Shown here piece by piece: positions 27,810-35,761 of a stretch of 64,000 bases of DNA. Source of the stretch: Candidatus Eiseniibacteriota bacterium (GTDB lineage: Bacteria > Eisenbacteria > RBG-16-71-46); assembly GCA_036507005.1 (NCBI GenBank), contig DASXQT010000077.1, positions 33,626 to 97,625 of the forward strand, given 5' to 3'. The position numbers and the translations under genes were made by a program. Position 1 is the stretch's first letter. Each line of letters starts with the position of its first letter. Under the pieces are notes generated by a model. That model saw only the letters and a list, made by a program, of their open reading frames with translations, searched no databases and was not told where the DNA came from.

Positions 27810-29020
27810 TTGCCGCCCGCGACGACGGTGATGAGCTTGAACATGGGCAGGTACATCGCGATCACCATGCCGCCCACGATGCCGCCCATGATCACGATCA
27901 TCACGGGCTCGATGATCGAGGTGAGCGTGTCCACCGCGGTGTCCACCTCGGCCTCGTAGAACACCGCGATCTTCGTGAGCATCTCGTCCAGCGCACCGGT
28001 CTGCTCGCCGACCGAGATCATCTGCACCACCATGGGCGGGAAGACGCCCGACTGCTTGAGCGGCGCGGACACCGTCTCGCCCTCGCGGATCGAGGCGCGC
28101 GCCGTCATGATGGCCTCGGCGATGATCTTGTTGCCCGCGGTGCGGGCGGTGATCTCGAGGCCCGAAAGGATCGGCACGCCCGAGGCGATCAGGGTGCCGA
28201 GGGTGCGGGTGAAGCGCGCCACGGCGCCCTTGAGGAGCACGTCCCCCAGCACCGGCAGCCGGATCATCATGGCGTCGATGGTGCGGTGGCCGTTGTCGGT
28301 GGCGTAGTAGCGCTGGAGCAGGAACGCCCCGATGCCCATCCCCAGCAGTCCCACCCACCAGAAGTGCTGGAGCCCGGCGGAGAGAACGAGAACGATCTTG
28401 GTGGGCAGCGGCAGCTCGCCGCCGAAGTCGGAGAACATCTTGGCGAAGGTCGGAATGATGAAGATCAGCATGAACGCCGTGGCGCCCAGGGCCACGGTCA
28501 GCACCACCGCGGGGTAGACCATGGCGCTCTGGACCTTGCGCTTGAGGGCGTCGGCCTTCTCGATGTAGGTCGCCAGCCGCATCAGGATCTCGTCCAGCAC
28601 GCCGCCCGCCTCGCCCGCCGCCACCATGTTGCGGAACAGGTCGTCGTACACGTTCTTGTGCTTGCCGAGCGCGTCGGACAGGGTCGAACCCGATTCCACC
28701 TCGCGGGTCACGTCGGCGATCACCCGCCCGAAGGACGGCTTGCTCGACTGCTTGGCGAGGATGTCCAGGCACTGCACCAGCGGCAGGCCCGCCGAGATCA
28801 TGGTGGCGAACTGCCGCGTGAAGATCGCGAGGTCCTTGGTGGAGGCCGGCGAGCCGCCGAACTTCGGCAGCGCGAAGCCTCCGGACTTCGACCGGACCGA
28901 GGTAACGAGGATCTTCCTCTTGCGGAGGACGTCCACCACCTCTTCCTGGCGGTTGACCTCGATCTCCCCCGACTGGGATTCGCCCGCGAGCGTCCGTCCC
29001 TTCCACACGAAGACCGGCAT
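27806..29020 (-). CDS. pilC: Type IV pilus platform protein PilC (GspF family)
   Basis: 404 aa. Two GspF repeats, each followed by TM helices (LATYIEKADALKRKVQSAMVYPAVVLTVALGATAFMLIFIIPTF; ...KIAVFYEAEVDTAVDTLTSIIEPVMIVIMGGIVGGMVIAMYLPMF). Confidence 0.9.
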   Translation of the reverse strand: MPVFVWKGRTLAGESQSGEIEVNRQEEVVDVLRKRKILVTSVRSKSGGFALPKFGGSPASTKDLAIFTRQFATMISAGLPLVQCLDILAKQSSKPSFGRVIADVTREVESGSTLSDALGKHKNVYDDLFRNMVAAGEAGGVLDEILMRLATYIEKADALKRKVQSAMVYPAVVLTVALGATAFMLIFIIPTFAKMFSDFGGELPLPTKIVLVLSAGLQHFWWVGLLGMGIGAFLLQRYYATDNGHRTIDAMMIRLPVLGDVLLKGAVARFTRTLGTLIASGVPILSGLEITARTAGNKIIAEAIMTARASIREGETVSAPLKQSGVFPPMVVQMISVGEQTGALDEMLTKIAVFYEAEVDTAVDTLTSIIEPVMIVIMGGIVGGMVIAMYLPMFKLITVVAGGK

Positions 29021-29030
29021 CGTTTCCTCC

Positions 29031-30104
29031 CTAGGCCGCGGCGCGCAGCACCTTGCCGAGCATGCCTTCCAATTCGGTCCGGTCCGAGCTGCGTTCCATG
29101 GCCGCCTCCGGCGTGAGCTGCCGGTCGAGCACGGTCTGGAGCAGCGCCTGATTCATGGTCTGCATCCCAAACTTCTGTCCCGCCTGCATCAGGCTGTAGA
29201 TCTGATGGGTCTTCCCCTCCCGGACCACGGCCTTGATCGCGGGGGTGCACACCAGCACCTCGGGCACCATGACCCGGCCCCCGCCGCGCCGCGGGATGAG
29301 CTGCTGGGTGATCACGCCCTCCAGCACGAACGCGAGCTGGGTGTGGATCTGGCGCTGCTGGTCGGCGGGGAACACGTCCACGATGCGGTTCACCGCCTCG
29401 TACGTCGAGTTGGTGTGGAGCGTGGCGAACACCAGGTGGCCGGTCTCGGCGATGGTCACCGCCGCCGCGATCGTCTCCAGGTCCCGCATTTCGCCGATCA
29501 GGATCACGTCCGGGTCCTGGCGCAGCACGTACTTGAGCGCGGTCGGGAACGAGGCCGTGTCCGCGCCGACCTCGCGCTGGTTCACGATCCCCTTCTTGTG
29601 CTGGTGGATGTACTCGATCGGGTCCTCGATGGTGATGATGTGGCACTGGCGCGTGGAGTTGATCTTGTCCAGCATCGCCGCGAGCGTGGTGCTCTTGCCG
29701 CAGCCGGTCGGGCCGGTGACCAGCACCAGGCCCTTCTGCCGGTTGGCGAACTCGCGCACCACCGGCGGCAGCCCGAGCTTCTCCATCGCCAGGATCTCGT
29801 AGGGGATCTGGCGGATCGCCACCGACACCACGCCGCGTTGCAGGAACACGTTCGAGCGGTAGCGCGACAGCCCCTTCACGCCGAAGGAGAAGTCGAGCTC
29901 CCGGGTGGTCTCGAAGCGCTTGCGCTGCTCATCGCTCATCACGCTGTAGGCGAGCTGGGCGGTGGTCTCGGGGGTGAGCACGTCGTACTCGGACGGGATG
30001 GTGGCGCCGTCGACCCGGAACACCGGCGGCACACCGGCCGTCAGGTGGAGATCCGAGGCCTTGCGGGTCACCATGTCCTCGAGCAGCTGTCTGAGGGTCA
30101 CCAC
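29031..30104 (-). CDS. pilT: Twitching-motility retraction ATPase PilT
   Basis: 357 aa. Walker A GPTGCGKSTTLAAM, Asp box, Walker B VILIGEMRD, His box ATLHTNS, PilT-specific AIRQIPYEILAMEKLGLP. Confidence 0.9.
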   Translation of the reverse strand: MVTLRQLLEDMVTRKASDLHLTAGVPPVFRVDGATIPSEYDVLTPETTAQLAYSVMSDEQRKRFETTRELDFSFGVKGLSRYRSNVFLQRGVVSVAIRQIPYEILAMEKLGLPPVVREFANRQKGLVLVTGPTGCGKSTTLAAMLDKINSTRQCHIITIEDPIEYIHQHKKGIVNQREVGADTASFPTALKYVLRQDPDVILIGEMRDLETIAAAVTIAETGHLVFATLHTNSTYEAVNRIVDVFPADQQRQIHTQLAFVLEGVITQQLIPRRGGGRVMVPEVLVCTPAIKAVVREGKTHQIYSLMQAGQKFGMQTMNQALLQTVLDRQLTPEAAMERSSDRTELEGMLGKVLRAAA

Positions 30105-30141
30105 GTCGCGTCACTCCTTCCGCCCGTCGGGCGTTCCGCCG

Positions 30142-31833
30142 TCACATCTTGTCGGCGGCGGTCTCCTTGAGAATCTCTTCCGCAGTCGTCAGCCCGCGCT
30201 TGAGCTTCATCAGCCCGTCGCGACGCAGGGTGAGCATGCCCTCGCTCACCGCGGTCCGCTTGATCTCGGTCGCCGACGCGCGCTCGAGCACCAGCTCGCG
30301 CAGGCGGCTCGTCAGCGGCATCACCTCGTACACGCCCTGGCGCCCGCGGTAGCCGGTGCCGCTGCAGTCCATGCATCCCGCGCCCTGGCAGAACGTCCCG
30401 CCCGCGGCCTCCTCGGGGTCGAGCTGGAGCTCGCGCAGCACCTCGTCGTTGAGCGTGATCTGGCGCTTGCAGCCGTTGCACACCCGACGGACCAGGCGCT
30501 GGGCCAGCACCAGGTTCACGGAGGAGCACACCAGGAACGGCTCGATCCCCATGTCGACCATGCGGCCGATCGCGCTCGGGGCGTCGTTGGTGTGGAGCGT
30601 GGACAGCACCAGGTGTCCGGTGAGCGCCGCCTTGACCGCGATCGAAGCGGTGTCGAGGTCGCGGATCTCGCCCACCATGATGATGTTGGGGTCCTGGCGC
30701 AGGAAGGCGCGCAGCGACGCGGCGAAGGTGAGACCCACGTCCTCGTTCACCAGCACCTGGTTGATGCCATCCAGGTTGTACTCGACCGGGTCCTCGGCGG
30801 TCATGACGTTGACCTCCGGGGTGTTCACGCGCGACAGCGCCGAGTAGAGCGTGGTGGTCTTGCCCGAGCCGGTCGGTCCGGTCACCAGCACCATGCCGTA
30901 GGGGTTGGCGATCGCGGACACGAACTCGCGCATCGACGCGGGCTCGAAGCCCAGCTTCTCGAGATCGATGTTGAGGTTGCCCTTGTCGAGGATTCGCATC
31001 ACGATCTTCTCGCCGAAGATCGTGGGCAGCGACGAGACGCGCAGATCGATGGTGCGGCCCTGGACCTTGATCTTGATGCGCCCGTCCTGGGGGACGCGGC
31101 GCTCCGCGATGTCGAGCTCGGCCATGATCTTGAGGCGCGAGATGATGGCGGCCTTGAACTTGAAGGGCGGCGACATCATCTCGTGCAGCACGCCGTCGAT
31201 CCGGAAGCGCACGCGGATCATGCGCTCGTAGGGCTCGAGGTGGATGTCCGAAGCGCCCTTCCGCACCGCGTCGAAGATCAGCGAGTTGACCAGCTTGACG
31301 ATCGGCGCCTCGTCGGCGGCGGCGATCCCGGCGTCGTCGGCCTCGGCTTCCTCCTCGACGAGCGACAGATCCTCCTCGATACCCTTCATGACGTCCGCCA
31401 TCGTGCCGGCGGAGTCGTAGGCGCGGTCGAGCGCGCGCTTGAGCGAGGCCTCGGAGGCGACGTGAGGGTCCACCTCGTAGCCGGTGATGAACTTGATGTC
31501 GTCGATCGCGAAGATGTTGGTCGGGTTCGCCATCGCGACCACCAGGCGCCGCCCGCTGCGCGACACGGGGAGCGCCATGAACTTGATCGCCACGTCCCCG
31601 GGGAGCAGCCGCACCACCCCGGGATCGGGGTCGTAGGACTTGAGGTCGATCGCCGGCGCCCCGTAGAAGCGCGACAGGAACTCGAGGAGGGCCTCCTCGG
31701 TGATCGCGCCGATCTTGACCAGCGTGCCGGTGAGCCCCCCGCCGACGTTCTTCATCTGCTGGTGCGCCTTCGAGAGCGAGGCGGCGTCGATCAGGCGGGC
31801 TTCGATCAATTTCTGGCCTATGTCTTCGTGCAC
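30142..31833 (-). CDS. pilB: Type IV pilus extension ATPase PilB
   Basis: ORF 30142..31986. N-terminal GSPII_E_N region (IGQKLIEARLIDAASLSKAHQQM), Walker A GPTGSGKTTTLYSAL, Walker B IIMVGEIRD, His box STLHTND, tetracysteine zinc motif CNGCK...CQGAGCMDCSGTGYRGR. Start provisionally GTG at 31831-31833 (VHEDIGQ...); exact start uncertain. Confidence 0.85.
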   Translation of the reverse strand: MHEDIGQKLIEARLIDAASLSKAHQQMKNVGGGLTGTLVKIGAITEEALLEFLSRFYGAPAIDLKSYDPDPGVVRLLPGDVAIKFMALPVSRSGRRLVVAMANPTNIFAIDDIKFITGYEVDPHVASEASLKRALDRAYDSAGTMADVMKGIEEDLSLVEEEAEADDAGIAAADEAPIVKLVNSLIFDAVRKGASDIHLEPYERMIRVRFRIDGVLHEMMSPPFKFKAAIISRLKIMAELDIAERRVPQDGRIKIKVQGRTIDLRVSSLPTIFGEKIVMRILDKGNLNIDLEKLGFEPASMREFVSAIANPYGMVLVTGPTGSGKTTTLYSALSRVNTPEVNVMTAEDPVEYNLDGINQVLVNEDVGLTFAASLRAFLRQDPNIIMVGEIRDLDTASIAVKAALTGHLVLSTLHTNDAPSAIGRMVDMGIEPFLVCSSVNLVLAQRLVRRVCNGCKRQITLNDEVLRELQLDPEEAAGGTFCQGAGCMDCSGTGYRGRQGVYEVMPLTSRLRELVLERASATEIKRTAVSEGMLTLRRDGLMKLKRGLTTAEEILKETAADKM

Positions 31834-32081
31834 GCGTGAGTTCCGTAGACGGTGCGCAGCTGCCCGGCGCAACCGGGGGACCGTGCCTCTGAGGGATCGG
31901 CAGGCGCTTCGGCCGACGGACGCGGGCAAGAATCGTCCGGCAGCCGACGCCCGTGCGCGGCCTTCCGCCCGCGCGTCGACCCGCATTCCTTATCGGCCTC
32001 GCGCGGGCCGACTGAAGCGGAAACTGCACGCTTGCAACGCCGACGGGATGGCGTTTTGCAACCGCGCGCCGCCTTCGGGAG

Positions 32082-32501
32082 TCAGCGCGCGGGGGCCTCG
32101 GGCGCTCCGACGCTCACGCGCGGCCGGAGCCGGGCGAGCAGGCGCGGCCCCACGCCGCGCACGGCGCGCAGCTCCTCGATCCGCCGGAACGGGCCGTTGC
32201 GCCGCCGGTGCTCGAGGATGCGGCGCGCGAGCACGGGGCCGATGCCGGGGAGCGCGTCGAGCTCGTCGGCCCCGGCCCGATTGAGGTCGAGCACCGGGCC
32301 TCCGCCCGATCGCGGCGTCGAGTCGGGCGCCGCGGAATCCGCGGCCGCCGCGCCGACCGCGGCGGAGTCGCGCGCGCGCTCCGCGGCGGCCGGCGGCGCC
32401 GCGCGGGGCCCGAGCGCGCGCCACAGGTCGTATCCGGCGCCGATCGCGAGCAGCAGCAGCACCACGAGCGCGCCCCGCCGCTCCGCGGAGTTGAGGGTCA
32501 C
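32082..32501 (-). CDS. comEA: ComEA-like DNA-binding competence protein (helix-hairpin-helix)
   Basis: ORF 32082..32714 trimmed to GTG 32499-32501 (GAGGAGAG upstream). TM/signal helix ALVVLLLLAIGAGY, then C-terminal double HhH: VLDLNRAGADELDALPGIGPVLARRILEHRRRNGPFRRIEELRAVRGVGPRLLARL. Confidence 0.75.
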   Translation of the reverse strand: MTLNSAERRGALVVLLLLAIGAGYDLWRALGPRAAPPAAAERARDSAAVGAAAADSAAPDSTPRSGGGPVLDLNRAGADELDALPGIGPVLARRILEHRRRNGPFRRIEELRAVRGVGPRLLARLRPRVSVGAPEAPAR

Positions 32502-32535
32502 CGGGCCGCTCTCCTCGCGGGGGCGGCTCGGCGAC

Positions 32536-34332
32536 TCAGTTGAAGAGCCTCCAGGCGATCCCGACCCGGAACTCGCGGCCCACGCCTTCCGCCTCGCGGC
32601 CGGTGGCCGAGTCGATCCAGGTCTCGGGCCGGATGCGGTCCTCGAGATTGCGCACGCGCACCGTGACCCGCGCGTCCCCCAGCCCGAACTCGCCGGCCAG
32701 GCCGGCACTCGCATAGCCCGGCAGGCGGCGCGGGACCGCGGCCTCGCTCTCGCGCGGGCCGATCGCTTCCATCTCCGCCCGCAGCGTGACGTCGAGATCC
32801 CCGCCGAACGCCTGGAAGCGCACCCCGGCGGACGCGCGCCCGCCGAACGACGGGTCCACGGCCGGCTGGAGCGCGCCCGGGTCGCGGGCGAGCGCGAAGC
32901 CCTCGAGCGCGCCGGACGCGCGCCGCCAGCGCCACGCGCCCGCCGCCGTGAGCAGGCCGAAATCGTAACGGCCGGGATCGGGCCTCAGCCCCGCGCGCAG
33001 CCACTGCTCCTCGAGCGGCAGGCGCGAGACGATCGCGCGGTCGCGGCTGGTCCCGAGCAGGAACGCGACGCGCGCGTCGAGCGAAGCGCCGGCGCTCGCG
33101 TCCACCTCGCAGCCCGCCACCCAGGTGCTCTGCAGGAAGGGGGCGACCCCGGGCGCGAGATCGGACCACACCGGGGCGAGCAGCCGCTCCAGCACCACGC
33201 GCCCCGAGAACGGCGCGACGTCGAAGCGGTACGCGGCCGATGGCGCCAGGTCCCAGCGATCGAGGGCGTCGTGGTGGCCGGCTCCGAGCGCGACCTCGAG
33301 CGTGCCCTCGCGCGCCTGCTGCGCGAGCCGCGCCGCCACCCAGAGCGTCTTCGCCCGGCGGTCGAACGCCGGGCCCTCCGTGCGCCGCACCCGGCTCTCG
33401 CTCCATTCCGCCCGCAGCGCGAGGTCGCGGCCCTCGCGCGAAGCACCGGCCTCGAGCGCGACCTGGTTGCGCTCGGCGTCGCGGCGCGACCAGGCGTACA
33501 CGTCGCGGGCCGGGAGGAAGCTCTCCCCGACGGCGCGGTCGCGCGCCGCGGAGAGTGCGGCGCGGAGCCGGCCGGCGCTCACGCCGTAGCCGACCCACCC
33601 GCTCTCGGCCCGCAGCGCCTCCTCCTCGCCGCCCTTGAGGAGCGAGGCCACGCCGCGCTGGGCGTAGCCGCCCTCGAACGAGTGCCGCCCGCGCCGCAGC
33701 GTCCCCGAGCCTCCCCACAGGTGTGCGCCCGCGAGCGCGAGCCCGCCGCGCTCGCCGCGATCTCCCGAGAACGCGCCGACCCGCATCGCCCGGAGCGAAT
33801 CGCCGCGCTCGATCGCGAGCCCGGTCTCGTCCAGGTCGAAGTCGCCGTTCAGCACGTGGAACATGGCGCGCGAGCGCGGCGCGGCCTGGCGGCCCGGCCC
33901 GGGGCGCACCCACGCGAGCGGCGCGTCGTAGCCGCCCAAGCCCGCGCCCTCGCCGGTGCTGACCTCGAGCGAGTCGCACCACGCCAGCGGCTCGAGCGCC
34001 GACGGGGCGCCGGGGAGCGCCGGATAGCGGATCCCGGTCACCGGGGCGGTCACGCCCCACGCGCCGCGCGCGAGCCCGGCCAGGACCCACGGGAACCCGG
34101 TGCCGAGCGCGGACCCCGGCGCGAAGCCCGGGCGCCCCGGTTCCCGCCACCACTCGGGCGCGTCGGCGACCGCCGTGCCCGCCACCGGCACGACGCCCGC
34201 GCCGGCCGCCTGCGCGCCGCCCCGCCCCGGGGCTAGCGCGAGGGCGAGAGCCGCGACCGGTAGTGCGAGAGCGCGCCCACCAGCGGGGTGCCGATCGCGG
34301 CGAACAGCGCGACGTTCGTGCCGACGTGCCAT
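32536..34332 (-). CDS. Outer-membrane beta-barrel protein (TonB-dependent-receptor/porin-like), start uncertain
   Basis: ORF 32536..34848. Signal-peptide-like RALALPVAALALALAPGRGGAQAAG after M at 34332. Gly/aromatic-rich barrel-like body, C-terminal ...REFRVGIAWRLFN ending in an aromatic residue. A start at 34332 would overlap the upstream membrane-protein gene by about 100 nt. Confidence 0.45.
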   Translation of the reverse strand: MARRHERRAVRRDRHPAGGRALALPVAALALALAPGRGGAQAAGAGVVPVAGTAVADAPEWWREPGRPGFAPGSALGTGFPWVLAGLARGAWGVTAPVTGIRYPALPGAPSALEPLAWCDSLEVSTGEGAGLGGYDAPLAWVRPGPGRQAAPRSRAMFHVLNGDFDLDETGLAIERGDSLRAMRVGAFSGDRGERGGLALAGAHLWGGSGTLRRGRHSFEGGYAQRGVASLLKGGEEEALRAESGWVGYGVSAGRLRAALSAARDRAVGESFLPARDVYAWSRRDAERNQVALEAGASREGRDLALRAEWSESRVRRTEGPAFDRRAKTLWVAARLAQQAREGTLEVALGAGHHDALDRWDLAPSAAYRFDVAPFSGRVVLERLLAPVWSDLAPGVAPFLQSTWVAGCEVDASAGASLDARVAFLLGTSRDRAIVSRLPLEEQWLRAGLRPDPGRYDFGLLTAAGAWRWRRASGALEGFALARDPGALQPAVDPSFGGRASAGVRFQAFGGDLDVTLRAEMEAIGPRESEAAVPRRLPGYASAGLAGEFGLGDARVTVRVRNLEDRIRPETWIDSATGREAEGVGREFRVGIAWRLFN

Positions 34333-34763
34333 AGCGAGAACGGGATCCCTCCGAGCAACGTGAGCCGGACCTGACCGAGGAGGTAGCCGGTCGCGAGGTT
34401 GGTGACGAGATCGAAGAACAGGGTGACGACCGCCCCGGTGAGCGCGAGCGTGAGGGCGCGCACCGGCGCGGGCGTTCTCGCGATCGCCACGGACGCGAGC
34501 ACCCCTCCCGCCACGCCCGCGCCGATCTCGCCCACCACCTGCGACACCGTGATCAGCGGCTGCGCGGCGCCGTAGGGGTTGAGCAGCGAGAACACCAGCA
34601 TCATGATCGCCGCGGTCAGCGCCCCGTCGCGCGCGCCCAGCAGGATCCCGGCGCAGAACGCCGTGAAGGTCAGGACCTCGAAGTTGGGAATGGTCTCCGC
34701 GTACGCTCCGGTGAGCCCCGCGGCCGTGAGGAGCGCCGCGTAGGACAGGCGACGCATGGACAC
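34233..34763 (-). CDS. Small polytopic membrane protein (5-6 TM; ECF-S-component/BioY-like size and topology)
   Basis: 176 aa. Strongly hydrophobic Leu/Phe/Tyr/Asn composition (MSMRRLSYAALLTAAGLTGAYAETIPNFEVLTFTAFCAGILLG...) is unlike the Ala/Arg/Gly/Pro-rich spurious ORFs. Confidence 0.5.
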   Translation of the reverse strand: MSMRRLSYAALLTAAGLTGAYAETIPNFEVLTFTAFCAGILLGARDGALTAAIMMLVFSLLNPYGAAQPLITVSQVVGEIGAGVAGGVLASVAIARTPAPVRALTLALTGAVVTLFFDLVTNLATGYLLGQVRLTLLGGIPFSLWHVGTNVALFAAIGTPLVGALSHYRSRLSPSR

Positions 34764-34915
34764 CGGCTGGGGTGCGATCGGAGGGGTTCTCCGCGGGAGC
34801 GTGCCGAACGGGGGCGGACGGGAGCCGGCAGAGTAGCCGCGGCTTCACCCCGGGTCAACGCGGGTGGGATGCGCGGTGCGATGCGGGCGGCGACCGGCCG
34901 CGCCGCCGCGCCTGC

Positions 34916-35761
34916 TCAGCCCCGGAGGCCGGCGGCCCGCTTGAGCGCGGCGAGCGCCCGCGCGGGCACCGGCAGATCCCCGAGGTCGGCGCTGCGGCCC
35001 GGGCCGTGGAAATCGGAGCCGCCGGTCTCGAGCAGACCGAGGCGCGAGGCCAGCGCCTGGTAGCGACGCACGGTGATCGGGTTGTGCTGCGGATGCCACA
35101 CCTCGATGCCGCGCAGGCCGTGGGACGCGAGCCCCTCGACCACGGAGTCCACCAGCCCGGCGCCGGGATGCGCGAGCACGCTCACGCCGCCCGCGCCGTG
35201 GATCAGGGCGATGGCCTCCTCCGGTGGGAACGCAGGGCGCGGCACGAACGCCAGGCCGCGCGAGCCCAGCAAGCGGCGGAACGCGTCCTCGGCGCTCTCC
35301 GCGTGCCCGGCCCTCACCAGCGCCTCGGCGAGGTGCGGGCGTCCCACCACGCCCTCGCCGGCGATCTCGAACACCTCGTCGGCCTCGACCGGAGCCCCGA
35401 GCTCGCGCAGGCGCTCCACCATGAGCAGCATGCGCTCGCGGCGCTCCTCGCGGAAGCGCGCGAGGCGAGTCGCGAGCTCCTGGCTCGAGGCATCGAGGTA
35501 GTAGCCGAGGATGTGGAGATCGAGCCCGCCGTGGCTGGTCGAGACCTCGATCCCCGGCACCAGCTCGAGGTCCGTCCCCGCCGCCGCGCCCGCCGCGGGC
35601 AGCGCTTCGACCGAGTCGTGGTCGGTGATCGAGAGCGCTCCGACGCCGCGCGCGACCGCGCGCTGCACCAGCGCGGCGGGCGCCAGGTCGCCGTCGCTGA
35701 AGGTGGTGTGGGCGTGAAGGTCGATCCGGCGGCCGCCCTGGGCGGCGGGCGGCCCGCCCAT
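34916..35761 (-). CDS. PHP-domain phosphoesterase (TrpH/YciV family)
   Basis: C-terminal 281 aa of ORF 34916..37813 from ATG 35759-35761 (ATGA overlap with TPR gene stop). IDLHAHTTFSDGDLAPAALVQRAVARGVGALSITDHDSVEA...VSVLAHPG...GIEVWHPQH are PHP metal-binding motifs. Confidence 0.8.
   Translation of the reverse strand: MGGPPAAQGGRRIDLHAHTTFSDGDLAPAALVQRAVARGVGALSITDHDSVEALPAAGAAAGTDLELVPGIEVSTSHGGLDLHILGYYLDASSQELATRLARFREERRERMLLMVERLRELGAPVEADEVFEIAGEGVVGRPHLAEALVRAGHAESAEDAFRRLLGSRGLAFVPRPAFPPEEAIALIHGAGGVSVLAHPGAGLVDSVVEGLASHGLRGIEVWHPQHNPITVRRYQALASRLGLLETGGSDFHGPGRSADLGDLPVPARALAALKRAAGLRG

Noticed and set aside
24664-29006. 988-aa and 963-aa minus-strand ORFs as single genes
   Set aside because: Each is a fusion artefact of open upstream frame plus a real gene (pilR, pilS). 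They were trimmed to the experimentally typical starts supported by Shine-Dalgarno sites or stop-codon overlap.
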